Assembly: GCA_036504835.1 (NCBI GenBank)
Contig: DASXUM010000029.1
Coordinates: 1,848 to 65,847 of the forward strand
DNA length: 64,000 nt
Direction of reading: 5' to 3'
Source: Candidatus Nanopelagicaceae bacterium
Lineage (GTDB): Bacteria > Actinomycetota > Actinomycetes > Nanopelagicales > Nanopelagicaceae
Of this stretch, positions 12,957 to 25,116 are shown piece after piece. Every line of letters begins with the position of its first letter. Within the stretch, counting starts at the first letter, position 1. Under the pieces are notes generated by a model. It made no database searches, was not told the origin of the DNA, and saw only the letters and a list, made by a program, of their open reading frames with translations. Made by a program: the position numbers and the translations under genes.

Positions 12957-15421
12957 CTAGGCAGAACGCAGAGTTGCCCCAAGTTTGGCCCGAGCCGATT
13001 CAACCGCCGCATCCCGAATCTGGGTGATCTCTGCGCCGGTGAGGGTTCGATCCGGGGCACGGAAAGTCAGCGTGTAGGCCAGTGAAATCTTTCCTTCTGC
13101 AAGTTTGTCGTACCTGTCAAAGAGGGTGACGGATTCAAGCATCTCCCCTGCCCCGCTCTTTAGCGCTTCGACAACCTCCGCGCTGGTCACGTTTTCATCG
13201 ACGATTAGGGCGATGTCTTGCACTGCCACAGGCATTGTCCCAACAGATGGAGCACGCAACACTGGATGGTCGGGTATCGCGGAGAGATTGACAACAAAGG
13301 CACATGAACGTTCGGGGAGACCGTACGACGCGACCACTCGTGGATGAAGCTCACCCGCGTGTGCGATAACCGTTCCATCCACCAACAGCTCGGCACAACG
13401 TCCGGGATGCCATGGCGCAAAGTCAGAACGGGAGATAGTCCACGAGAGATTGCATGCAGCAAGCACTGACTCAGCGAATTCAATCGCATCGTTCCAATCG
13501 TAAGGTCTTCCTTTACCGCGCCAATCCTCGGATTGGGCATTTCCGACTAGCACGCCGCCAACGTGGATTGGCTGGTTCGGGACGCCTGCATAAATCTCGT
13601 CAATGATTTTCTGGGCAGGTCGCGCATCTGTAGGTGGATTGTCTATGGGCGACAATGTCGAAATGTTTCGGAAGACGGTGCCAATTTCGAACAATCCGAA
13701 ATCTCTCGAGCCGCGACTAATATTCCTTGCCGCAGTCTGAATAAGACCTGGAATGAGGTGGGTGCGCAACAAGGGAGTGTCTTCAGACATGGGATTGACG
13801 ATGCGGAAGGCTTTGGCTCGATCTCCCGTGTACCCCATTTCCCTGATCATTGACTCGGATACAAAGGGATAGTTCTGAACTTCGACCAATCCCCTATCGG
13901 CTAGGAGTTGGGCAAGAACGCGCAGGCGACGCTGGAAATTAGTGAGACCAGGGCTAACTGGGTGCGGCGGCAGAATGGATGGGATTGCGTCGTAGCCGAC
14001 CATTCGCGCCACTTCTTCGACCAAGTCGGCGGGTGTAAGCAGGTCGCTCCGCCATGATGGCGGATCAACCCGCCACAAGGTTTCGCTCTTTTCCTCAATG
14101 TCGCATCCAATAAGAAGGAGCTTCTCTCGAACTTGAAGCAGGGAAATATCGGCACCTGTTAACGTGGCTATGAAGTGAGGATCCAAATCGATTACCGGGC
14201 TGTATCGAGGCTCTCCGTCGTGTTGCGAATCGACATGGCTAGCACCCCCGAGTTCGATAAGCAGTGATACAGCCCTAGCCGATGCACATTCGGCAAGCGA
14301 AGGATCCACTCCGCGCTCGAATCTCCGGGAGGCCTCGGTCGAGAGCTTGTGGTGGCGGGCATTCTTGGCAATTGAAATCGGGTCAAACCGCGCCGCCTCA
14401 ATCGCCAACGAAGTCGTGGACTCGCCCACCTCTGAGTTAGATCCCCCCATTGTGCCTGCCAAAGCAAGAGCGCGAGCCTCGTCTGCCACAAGCAAATCCT
14501 CTGGCGAGAGATTACGTTCTTGACCGTCCAAGGTTATGAATGTCTTGGTTTTGCCCGCTCGTCGAATATGCAGAGAGCCCTCAATTTGTGCACGATCGAA
14601 GGCGTGCAGCGGTTGACCTAGTTCGAGCATTACATAGTTGGTGACATCAACAGCCAACGAGATTGAACGCATGCCGCATTTTTCAATGCGTCGTTGCATC
14701 CAAAGGGGTGAGTTTGCCTGCGGGTTGAAGTGATCCAACGTACGGATGTATATGACAGACACACCCGTAGGATCATCAATTTTCGGGACGACGCCTTTTC
14801 CGGTCGAAACAAACTTATCGGTCTTGATTGACTGAATCGGGTCACTGAAGCCGACGCCGAGAGACGCTGCGACTTCACGCGAGATGCCTCGAATCGAAAG
14901 GGCATATCCGCGGTCCGGATTGACTGCAATGTCGAAGATGACATCGTGGATTTCGAGTATCTCTTGCGCGTCCGCCCCAGGCTGAGTCGATCCGGCTGGA
15001 AGCACCAATATTCCGGAGTGATCCTCGCTCATGCCGAGTTCGCGAGCAGAACAGATCATCCCGTTACTTATCTTTCCGTAGGTCTCCCGTTGGCTGATGG
15101 AGAAGCCCCCGGGCAAAACTGCGCCGGGAAGCGCCACCACGACGAGATCATTTTCGGAGAAATTGCTGGCACCGCATATGACGAAACGCGTTGTAGATTC
15201 TGCACAATCAAGCTCGACCCATCGAATGGGTTTCTTGAATTCAGTGATCTCCTCGATGTTGACCACGCGTCCAACAACAAGCGGACCTGTCAGGTCGGCG
15301 CCTTGGTATTCGATCTCTTCGACTTCAAAACCAACTCTGACAAGGGCAGCACCGATCTCCTCCGGGCTCACCGAATCAGGAACGGCTGCGAACTCTCGAA
15401 TCCACGACAGAGGAACGCGCA

Positions 15422-15422
<1 letters not shown>
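12957..15422 (-). CDS. pheT: phenylalanine--tRNA ligase beta subunit
   Basis: 821 aa, typical N-terminus MRVPLSWIREF, follows pheS with a 1-nt overlap (TAATG). Confidence 0.95.
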
Positions 15423-17240
<1,818 letters not shown>

Positions 17241-17258
17241 TGGAAAGCTCTTTAGAGA

Positions 17259-17615
17259 TTAGACAAGGCTCTTGCGAGCAACTTCAACCAGAGTCTTGAA
17301 AGTTTCTGGTTCGTTCGTTGCAAGTTCGGAGAGAACGCGACGATCGACCTCTACCCCAGCTGCCTTAAGGCCTTGGATGAAACGGTTGTAGGTCAGGCCA
17401 TTTGCACGGCTAGCCGCATTGATGCGCTGAATCCACAATTGGCGGAAGTCACCCTTCTTGTCCTTGCGGTCATTGAACGCATAGACCATTGAGTGGGTAA
17501 GTTGCTCTTTTGCCTTTGCGTAAAGACGTGATCGCTGACCACGGTATCCACTTGCACGCTCGAGAGTTGTACGACGCTTCTTGGCGGCATGAACGCCACG
17601 CTTGACTCTTGCCAT
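17259..17615 (-). CDS. rplT: 50S ribosomal protein L20
   Basis: [15 protein letters not shown]..., 118 aa. Confidence 0.97.
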   Translation of the reverse strand: MARVKRGVHAAKKRRTTLERASGYRGQRSRLYAKAKEQLTHSMVYAFNDRKDKKGDFRQLWIQRINAASRANGLTYNRFIQGLKAAGVEVDRRVLSELATNEPETFKTLVEVARKSLV

Positions 17616-17629
17616 TTAAATGACGCTCC

Positions 17630-17827
17630 TTACTTCAAACCAAGCATGCGCTTGGCTGTAAAAGTTGTTGATGGCTTGGCCGCTGCATCATTGGTCAGTC
17701 GGCGGGTGAGGCGCGAAGACTTACGCTCAAGAAGGTGGCGCTTGCCAGCTCGCTCGTGCATGATCTTTCCAGATCCGGTTACACGGAACCTTTTCTTAGC
17801 GCCGCTGTGCGTTTTCATCTTTGGCAT
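17630..17827 (-). CDS. rpmI: 50S ribosomal protein L35
   Basis: [14 protein letters not shown]..., 65 aa. Confidence 0.96.
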   Translation of the reverse strand: MPKMKTHSGAKKRFRVTGSGKIMHERAGKRHLLERKSSRLTRRLTNDAAAKPSTTFTAKRMLGLK

Positions 17828-17865
17828 GTTCGCGATCCTCTCGTTCGTGCTGGTTAAAAAAGTCT

Positions 17866-18456
17866 TTACTCTCCTGCTTGCTCTTTTGCCTCGGCATCAG
17901 CTTTCGCCTTGCGCGCTGCTTTCTGCTCAGCCACCGCTTCGGTCTTGCGCTTGGTTGGACCTAAAACCATGGTCATATTTCGACCCTCTTGCTTAGGTGC
18001 AAACTCAACAAACCCGAATTCACTGATGTCTTGAGCAAGTTTCTGCAAGAGTCGGTATCCCAGCTCTGGCCTTGTTTGCTCACGACCGCGAAATTGCATT
18101 GTTATCTTCACTTTGTCGCCGCCCTTGAGGAACTTCTCGATATGAGCCCGCTTGGTCTCATAATCGTGACTTTCGATCTTGGGCCGCATCCGAACCTCTT
18201 TGACCACAATGTGAGTCTGGTTCTGCCGCGCTTCCCGAGCCTTCTGTGCGATTTCGTACTTGTACTTTCCGAAATCCATGATCTTGCATACGGGCGGATT
18301 GGCATCCGGTGCGATCTCAACTAGGTCAAGGCCGATCTCGTCTGCCATCCTCAAAGCGGTATCGATATCGACGACTCCGATTTGTTCAGCGGTGGGACCG
18401 ATGAGACGAACTTGAGGGACGCGAATGCGATCGTTGATGCGTGCTTCAGTGCTGAT
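17866..18456 (-). CDS. infC: translation initiation factor IF-3, probable non-canonical ATC start
   Basis: The conserved IF-3 sequence begins at [21 protein letters not shown] and includes [12 protein letters not shown]. The ATC at 18456-18454 is preceded by GGGAG (18466-18462) with a 5-nt spacer. The 36 aa upstream in the tracked ORF are not IF-3-like. Confidence 0.85.
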   Translation of the reverse strand: MSTEARINDRIRVPQVRLIGPTAEQIGVVDIDTALRMADEIGLDLVEIAPDANPPVCKIMDFGKYKYEIAQKAREARQNQTHIVVKEVRMRPKIESHDYETKRAHIEKFLKGGDKVKITMQFRGREQTRPELGYRLLQKLAQDISEFGFVEFAPKQEGRNMTMVLGPTKRKTEAVAEQKAARKAKADAEAKEQAGE

Positions 18457-18658
18457 AAATACTCCCTCGTGATGTGGTGTGTCCGGTGATAAGTCGCTGC
18501 AATCGCGAACACCGCACAAGGACCCAAAGTACGGGCCTCGACAGAACCCTTTCGCCTGAAGCAAAGAAGGTGGGAGCGGTGACTCCTCTTGCAGTGGCTA
18601 AACCACTGGTCTGGCGTAAGGGTACTAGAGGTCGCGGATTACGCGAAATCGAGCCTGG

Positions 18659-19426
18659 TCAGCCGCCTATTGCGTGAACTCCGCCGTCCACGTGGATGAT
18701 TTCACCCGTCGTTTTAGGCATCCAATCAGATAGAAGGACCACGGCGGCTTTGGCCGCAGGTACCGGGTCGTTGAAATCCCATTCCAGAGCCGAACGCTGA
18801 TCCCAGAGGTTACCCAGGAGTTCAAAGCCTGGGATCGATCGGGCTGCAATTGTGCTCAAGGGTCCGGCCGCGACCAAGTTCACTCGAACGTTTTCCGGGC
18901 CTAGATCGCGCGCTAGATATCGAGTGGTCGATTCAAGAGCTGCCTTGGCAACGCCCATCCAGTCATATTTGGGCCAGGCGACGGTGGCGTCGAAGTCGAG
19001 GCCAACGATGGAGGCGCCTCCGGAGAACATGGGGCGAGCGGCCATCGCCAAGGACTTCAAGGAGAAAGCCGAAACCTGCACCGCCGTCGCAACATCTGGC
19101 CACGTGGTGTTGAGGAAGTTCCCGCCGAGTGCGGCCTCGGGAGCAAAGGCTATGGAGTGCACAACGCCGTCCAGGGTAGGCACATAGGCACCGACGCGTT
19201 CGGCGAGCGCAGCGAGGTCTTCGTCATTTGTGACATCGAGTTCAATCACAGGAGCGGTTTGGGGCAGACGATTGGCAATGCGCTCGGTGATTCTGCGAAT
19301 ACGGCCGTAGGAACTCAGAACCACGCTCGCGCCTTCTTCTTGCGCGAGCCGCGCTATGTGAAAGGCGATTGAGGAGTCGTTTAGGACGCCAGTAACCAGA
19401 ATATTTTTCCCTTGAAGGATCCCCAT
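18659..19426 (-). CDS. fabI: enoyl-ACP reductase (NADH), FabI/InhA type
   Basis: SDR without the classic YxxxK: ILVTGV..SIAF nucleotide fold and YDWMGVAKAALE, 255 aa, directly after fabG. Confidence 0.9.
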   Translation of the reverse strand: MGILQGKNILVTGVLNDSSIAFHIARLAQEEGASVVLSSYGRIRRITERIANRLPQTAPVIELDVTNDEDLAALAERVGAYVPTLDGVVHSIAFAPEAALGGNFLNTTWPDVATAVQVSAFSLKSLAMAARPMFSGGASIVGLDFDATVAWPKYDWMGVAKAALESTTRYLARDLGPENVRVNLVAAGPLSTIAARSIPGFELLGNLWDQRSALEWDFNDPVPAAKAAVVLLSDWMPKTTGEIIHVDGGVHAIGG

Positions 19427-19428
19427 TT

Positions 19429-20136
19429 TTAGTGTCCCATTCCTAATCCACCATCGACTGGTATCAATGCGCCCGTAATATACGACGCTTTCTCTGAAGC
19501 GATAAAACTTACGACACGTGCGATTTCCTCCGCCGAGCAGAAACGTCCAAGCGGAACGGAGGCGGAAATTTCCGACCGGCGTTTCTCGTCGAGGTCGGCC
19601 GTCATATCGGTTTCGACAAAACCTGGCGCCACCACATTTGCCGTGATCCCACGACTGCCGAGTTCGCGCGCGAACGACCGGGCCATTCCCACCAGACCCG
19701 ATTTGCTCGCCGCATAGTTGGCTTGCCCTGCCACACCGACACTGCCAACAACGCTGCCGATGAATATCAACCGGCCCCGCTTCAGTTTCAAAAGGCCGCG
19801 AGTGGCACGGCGGGCGACGCGAAATGCGCCGGTGAGATTGGCATCGATCACATCGGCGAAGTCGGCATCGCTCATGCGCATCACCAGCGTGTCTCGGGTG
19901 ATGCCGGCGTTGGCCACGATCACCTCGGGAACTCCGTACTTTGATTCAATCTCAGAAAAGGCGGCATCCACGCTTTCCGAGGAGGTCACATCCATCACCA
20001 CAGCAGCTAAACCCTCGGGAGGCGTGCCTGAACGGTAGGTGATGATCGAGTGGAATCCGTTGGCCTGGAGGTCCTGTGCGATGGCTAGGCCAATTCCCCG
20101 GTTTCCCCCAGTGATCAGCGCAATCGGTTGGCTCAT
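19429..20136 (-). CDS. fabG: 3-oxoacyl-ACP reductase
   Basis: ITGGNRGIGLAI and the catalytic NYAASKSG motif, 235 aa. Confidence 0.9.
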   Translation of the reverse strand: MSQPIALITGGNRGIGLAIAQDLQANGFHSIITYRSGTPPEGLAAVVMDVTSSESVDAAFSEIESKYGVPEVIVANAGITRDTLVMRMSDADFADVIDANLTGAFRVARRATRGLLKLKRGRLIFIGSVVGSVGVAGQANYAASKSGLVGMARSFARELGSRGITANVVAPGFVETDMTADLDEKRRSEISASVPLGRFCSAEEIARVVSFIASEKASYITGALIPVDGGLGMGH

Positions 20137-20239
20137 GGCTAGAACCTACTGGCTACTGTGGCGTAACTGGGAATTTCCACGCCGAGGTTGGCCCATTGGG
20201 TATATGACCCCTTGCCCAAGAAGAGCGTACTGTTGTGGC

Positions 20240-20506
20240 ATGGCCGAGGAAATTCACGACATCACCACTGCTCAACCCAGCCTCAGCAGCGATCTTCCTG
20301 CTCGCCAGAGACGATATTTCATTTCCATGATGATACGAACTGCCTGCTTCGTGGCGGCCGTATTTCTACCCAACCCATTTCGATGGGTTGCCCTGGCAGG
20401 GGCCTTACTGTTGCCCTATTTTGCAGTCGTTATGGCGAACGCTGGACGAGAGACCCTTCTGCCCGGCGCTGCAGTCATAAATGACAAAAATAGAACCCTC
20501 CCCTAG
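20240..20506 (+). CDS. small membrane protein, DUF3099-like
   Basis: MAEEIHDITT...RQRRYFISMMIRTACFVAAVFLPNPFRWVALAGALLLPYFAVVMANAGRE has two predicted TM helices. The upstream part of the tracked ORF overlaps fabG on the other strand, so I use the ATG at 20240. Confidence 0.7.
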   Translation: MAEEIHDITTAQPSLSSDLPARQRRYFISMMIRTACFVAAVFLPNPFRWVALAGALLLPYFAVVMANAGRETLLPGAAVINDKNRTLP

Positions 20507-21206
20507 TCCGCGTGGGAAGGAATCCCACGCAATCTTTACGACGATCCTTGCCCTCGCCCTAATAGCGCTCTGTCTGTGGGCAAGTCATTGGCAGTATGCG
20601 CGAGGGGTTGCCAGGCATCATCGCAATTTCGTCATCGCATCCCATGTCGATCAACCGATCACCACGTTGGATGCGATTGGCCAGGATGTCTCAGGTGCCG
20701 AATGGCGCAAGGTTTCCATTACGGGAAGGTTCGACCCTGCACATCAGATTCTCTTGCGTAACCAGTATTCACAGGGCGTCTATGGATTCGACTTGCTCAC
20801 GCTCTTCACCGACAGCGGATCACGCACTTTCTGGGTCGATCGCGGGTGGATCGCTCCAGGCAAGAGTGCAACATCAACTCCGAAACTGCCGGAAACTACC
20901 TCTTCCATTGTCGCAATAACGGGACGCATAAGACTTGAGGATTCGCTCCCCCAAGGATCATTCTTCGCGATCACGCCAGGGAGTAAGAACTTAATCAGCA
21001 AATGGAATGCACAGAGTAAGACCTCTGGGAAAACCGAAAATTTCTACGTTGATTTACTCACCGCATCCGATCCTGCGATGACACCTGCGGTTCCGGTTGA
21101 GTTGCCAGAACTCACGGACGGACCACACATGGCATATGCGCTGCAGTGGTTATTTTTTGCCGGATTGGTCGGATACGGACGATTACTCCTGCGACGTGCT
21201 CGTTAA
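20481..21206 (+). CDS. SURF1-family cytochrome oxidase biogenesis protein
   Basis: N- and C-terminal TM helices flank a periplasmic domain (ASHWQYARG ... VDRGWI ... HMAYALQWLFFA), 241 aa. Confidence 0.82.
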   Translation: MTKIEPSPSPRGKESHAIFTTILALALIALCLWASHWQYARGVARHHRNFVIASHVDQPITTLDAIGQDVSGAEWRKVSITGRFDPAHQILLRNQYSQGVYGFDLLTLFTDSGSRTFWVDRGWIAPGKSATSTPKLPETTSSIVAITGRIRLEDSLPQGSFFAITPGSKNLISKWNAQSKTSGKTENFYVDLLTASDPAMTPAVPVELPELTDGPHMAYALQWLFFAGLVGYGRLLLRRAR

Positions 21207-23057
21207 GTCCTGCCTGGCATAGAGCTCGGCGTACAGCCCTTTCGCACCGACGAGTTCTTCGTGCGTACCGCGCTCGACTATCGCACCCTTGTCCAAAACT
21301 AGTATCTGATCGGCTTCCATCACCGTGCTCAATCGATGTGCGATGACGATGCTGGTGCGTCCTTGTAAAGCTACTCGCAGCGCTTCATGTACCAGGGCCT
21401 CGTTCTCTGAGTCCAAATGCGCAGTCGCCTCATCCAAAATCACGACGGCAGGAGATTTCAACAAAAGTCGAGCGATAGCTAGGCGCTGCTTTTCGCCACC
21501 AGAGAGTCGATGGCCTCTCTCCCCCACCATGGTGTCAAAACCATTGGGTAGAGAAGCGATGAGCGGCCAGATACGCGCGGCTTCGCATGCCTCTCGCATC
21601 TCCTCCTCCGTCGCGTCTGGTTTTGCATACCTCAAATTCTCGCCGATCGTCTCGTGAAAAAGATGAGCGTCTTGCATCACAACACCGATGGAATGCCTCA
21701 AGCTCTCGAGGGTAAGTTCTCTTACATCAACGCCTCCCACAAGAAGTGCACCAGAAGTTACGTCATAGAGCCGTGGGATAAGGGCGCTGATAGTCGTCTT
21801 CCCTGCACCAGATGGCCCCACTAATGCGGTCATAGTTCCCGGTTGCGCTACGAATGAAATATCTCTGAGCACGTCACCGCTCGGGATCAACTCGGGTCGC
21901 GACGCTGATTCAAGGGACGCGAGAGATATTTCTTCAGCCCGTGGATAGGCAAAACCTACATTGCGAAATTCAACACTCGGATTTCCTGGTGGCAAGTCAG
22001 TTGCGCCGACCTTGTTCTGAACCATGGGAATCAAATCAAGGACTTCGAAAACCCGCTCAAAAGAAACCAGGGCGGTCATCACATCTACTCGTACATTCGA
22101 TAGCGCTGTGAGAGGACCGTAGAGGCGCCCGAGCAATGCCGTGACTGCCATGAATGTGCCCACCGTTATGGCTCCGGAAATCGCTAGGTGGCCGCCAATT
22201 CCGTAAGCAAACGCGGTGGCGATGGCCGCAACACTGGTCAGCGCGATAAAGAAAATGCGATTGAGCAAGGCGATAGATATCCCCATGTCGGCCACCCGCC
22301 GCGCCTTGGTTGCGAAATATTCGTGTTCGCGCTTTGGTTCGCCATACAAGGCGACCAGCATTGCACCGGAGACATTGAACCGCTCCGTCATAGTGCTCGA
22401 CATCTCGGCATTCAATTGGAAGGACTGCCTAGTCAAGGCTTGGAGTTTGCGCCCTACCCACTTTGTAGGTAGCAGAAAGAGCGGAAGCAGAAGAAGTGAC
22501 ACGATGGTGATTTGCCAAGAGAGCACAAGCATGGTGACAGTCACGAGCACGAGGCTGACGACATTGCTGACTACACCTGAGAGGGTTGCTGTAAATGCCT
22601 GCTGGGCGCCGATGACATCGGAGTTAATGCGCGAGATCAATGCACCTGTCTGAGCACGAGTAAAGAATGCGATCGACTGCTTCTGCACGTGAGAGAAGAC
22701 TCGCGATCGAAGGTCGTAAATCAATCCCTCGCCAATTCGAGATGAAAACCATCGACCCACGATGCTCATAAGAGAATCAGCTATCGCCAGAAGACCCACG
22801 AAAATTGCTAAACGAGTCACGAGAGGCCCGTTATGGAATCGGACACCCTTGTCTAGGAGTTGGCGGAGCAAAAGCGGAGTTGCGATGACGAGGACGGCAT
22901 CCACCACGACCGTTACAAGGAAGAAGACGATCTGCCACTTGTAAGGCTTGGCAAAAGTACCTATACGTCGAACCGTTCCGGGTTTGAGCTTCTGATTCTT
23001 TACCGAAGGGTCGGCCATCATGGAACGGAAAGTCATCCATCCGGCATGACTCGACAT
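21183..23057 (-). CDS. ABC exporter, fused permease/ATPase (MsbA/MdlB/Atm1-like architecture)
   Basis: Six-TM N-terminal domain, Walker A GPSGAGKTT, signature LSGGEKQRLAIAR, Walker B VVILDEATAHLD, 624 aa. Confidence 0.92.
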   Translation of the reverse strand: MSSHAGWMTFRSMMADPSVKNQKLKPGTVRRIGTFAKPYKWQIVFFLVTVVVDAVLVIATPLLLRQLLDKGVRFHNGPLVTRLAIFVGLLAIADSLMSIVGRWFSSRIGEGLIYDLRSRVFSHVQKQSIAFFTRAQTGALISRINSDVIGAQQAFTATLSGVVSNVVSLVLVTVTMLVLSWQITIVSLLLLPLFLLPTKWVGRKLQALTRQSFQLNAEMSSTMTERFNVSGAMLVALYGEPKREHEYFATKARRVADMGISIALLNRIFFIALTSVAAIATAFAYGIGGHLAISGAITVGTFMAVTALLGRLYGPLTALSNVRVDVMTALVSFERVFEVLDLIPMVQNKVGATDLPPGNPSVEFRNVGFAYPRAEEISLASLESASRPELIPSGDVLRDISFVAQPGTMTALVGPSGAGKTTISALIPRLYDVTSGALLVGGVDVRELTLESLRHSIGVVMQDAHLFHETIGENLRYAKPDATEEEMREACEAARIWPLIASLPNGFDTMVGERGHRLSGGEKQRLAIARLLLKSPAVVILDEATAHLDSENEALVHEALRVALQGRTSIVIAHRLSTVMEADQILVLDKGAIVERGTHEELVGAKGLYAELYARQDLTSTSQE

Positions 23058-23060
23058 AAG

Positions 23061-23372
23061 CTAAACCGTAAACCCAAGCGCCCGCAATTGTTCGCGTCCG
23101 TCGTCCGTGATCTTGTCAGGTCCCCATGGCGGCATCCATACCCAGTTGATACGTACATCACTGGTTAATTGCGACAGCGCTGCACGGGTCTGATCCTCGA
23201 TGACATCTTGCAAGGGGCAAGCCGCCGACGTAAGCGTCATGTTAAGAATGGCAATATTGCCTTCATCTATCATGATGTCGTAAATCAGACCAAGGTCCAC
23301 CACATTGATTCCCAGCTCGGGATCGACGACATCCTTCATCGCCTCAGTCACATCATCTATCTTTGCCAGCAT
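23061..23372 (-). CDS. sufT: Fe-S assembly protein SufT (DUF59/PaaD-like)
   Basis: DPELGINVVDLGLIY and the conserved Cys context LTSAACPL, 103 aa, at the end of the suf operon. Confidence 0.88.
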   Translation of the reverse strand: MLAKIDDVTEAMKDVVDPELGINVVDLGLIYDIMIDEGNIAILNMTLTSAACPLQDVIEDQTRAALSQLTSDVRINWVWMPPWGPDKITDDGREQLRALGFTV

Positions 23373-23397
23373 CGCGCCCTACCTCCAGTTATCAACT

Positions 23398-23847
23398 CTA
23401 TGAGCCTAGTGACTTTCTTCCTTGAACTTGTACCGCAGCGTCTTTGAATGCCATCCAGCCCAGGAGCGCACACTTGATACGGGCTGGGTATTTCGAGACC
23501 CCGGCGAAAGCGACCGCGTCCTCCAGTATCTCCTCATCCCCTGCCTGCGTTCCCTTGCTCTGCATGAGGGCCACGAACGAGTCAACGATGGGGGCGGCTT
23601 CCGAAAGCGTTTTACCTGTGAGAAGTCCTGACATCATTGATGCGCTTGCCATCGAAATCGAACACCCAACTCCGTCCCACGAAAGAACAATGCGACCGTC
23701 GACGAGGGAGAGATTGACCGTGAGTTCGTCCCCACAACTCGGGTTTATATGATGAACCTGAACATCTGATTGAGACGAGAGTCCCTTGTGCTCGGGATGT
23801 TTGTAATGGTCCAGAATCACTTCCTGGTAGAGGTTATCCAGTTGCAT
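23398..23847 (-). CDS. sufU: Fe-S cluster scaffold / sulfur acceptor SufU
   Basis: NPSCGDEL, GVGCSISMASASM and a C-terminal KCALL, 149 aa. Confidence 0.92.
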   Translation of the reverse strand: MQLDNLYQEVILDHYKHPEHKGLSSQSDVQVHHINPSCGDELTVNLSLVDGRIVLSWDGVGCSISMASASMMSGLLTGKTLSEAAPIVDSFVALMQSKGTQAGDEEILEDAVAFAGVSKYPARIKCALLGWMAFKDAAVQVQGRKSLGS

Positions 23848-25097
23848 CAGCGATCACCAAAATACTTCTTCGCGCCACGGACTCCTTCAATTAGCGCATC
23901 TATGTCTGCCTCATCGTTATAGAGGTAGATGGAGGCCCTAACTGTGGCATTAATGCCGAATTTCTTATTGAGTGGCCAAGCGCAATGATGCCCGGTACGC
24001 ACTGCGATGCCTAAGCTGTCTAGATACTGACCCACATCATGCGGATGCACTCCTTGCACCGTGAACGCCACAACGCCGCCGCGCAATTCGGTGTCGGTGG
24101 GGCCGAAGATTTTCACTCCCTCTATGTTTTGGAGTCCTTGTATCAACCGATCCGTAAGAACAAGTTCGTGTTCGTGAATATTGTTGAGACCAATTTGATC
24201 CAAGTACTCCAGAGCAGCTCCAAGTCCGACCGCTTGCGCCATGTTCGGCACCCCGGCTTCGAATTTGCGTGGCACTGGCGCCCACGTTGCATCTGTCATC
24301 GAAGCACTAGAAATCATCGAGCCACCGAAGAGGAATGGTGGCAACTCTTCGAGCAGCTCCGCCTTCCCCCACAGCACTCCTATTCCTGTCGGACCAAGAC
24401 TTTTATGACCTGAGAAGGCCAAAAAATCCACGTTCAATGACTTAACATCCACCCGCATGTGAGGCACGGATTGGCAGGCATCAAGTACAACTACCGCACC
24501 AACCGCATGGGCTCTCGCGACGATGGCTTCGAGTGGATTGATCGTGCCAAGGACATTCGATTGGTGCGTGATCGCAACAACTCTGGTGTCATCGGTAATT
24601 ACTGAATCGATTGCACTCAAATCAAGTCGTCCATCGTCCTTGACGTCAAACCAAGAAAGTTTTGCTCCAGTGCGTTTAGATAACTGCTGCCAAGGAATTA
24701 GGTTTGCGTGATGCTCCATCTCGGTGACGACAATGCGATCGCCTTCACCCAAGTGAAAGCGGTTGCCGATTGGAGCATTTCCCATGGCGTATGCAAGAAG
24801 ATTGAGGCTCTCGGTCGCACTTTTCGTGAAGACGATCTCTTCGGCTTCGGCCCCGAGAAAATTGGCCACGATGAGTCGCGCACCTTCATATGCCTCGGTT
24901 GCCTCCTCCGCCAATTGGTGGGCACCACGGTGAACGGCAGCATTGTTGTTACGGTAGAAGTTTGCCTCCGCATCGATCACGACGTTCGGCTTCTGACTGG
25001 TTGCACCGCTATCTAGATACACCAGCCTATTCTCGCCGCGGATCGTGCGTTGAAAAATGGGAAAGTCCTTACGAACCAAGGCTGCATTGAGAGACAT
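23847..25097 (-). CDS. sufS: cysteine desulfurase SufS
   Basis: PLP lysine FSGHKSLGPTGIG and catalytic RTGHHCAWPL. I place the start at MSLNAALVRKDFPIF (25097). The tracked extension overlaps sufC. Confidence 0.93.
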   Translation of the reverse strand: MSLNAALVRKDFPIFQRTIRGENRLVYLDSGATSQKPNVVIDAEANFYRNNNAAVHRGAHQLAEEATEAYEGARLIVANFLGAEAEEIVFTKSATESLNLLAYAMGNAPIGNRFHLGEGDRIVVTEMEHHANLIPWQQLSKRTGAKLSWFDVKDDGRLDLSAIDSVITDDTRVVAITHQSNVLGTINPLEAIVARAHAVGAVVVLDACQSVPHMRVDVKSLNVDFLAFSGHKSLGPTGIGVLWGKAELLEELPPFLFGGSMISSASMTDATWAPVPRKFEAGVPNMAQAVGLGAALEYLDQIGLNNIHEHELVLTDRLIQGLQNIEGVKIFGPTDTELRGGVVAFTVQGVHPHDVGQYLDSLGIAVRTGHHCAWPLNKKFGINATVRASIYLYNDEADIDALIEGVRGAKKYFGDR

Positions 25098-25116
25098 GGG
25101 AATATGAGTTGATCGG

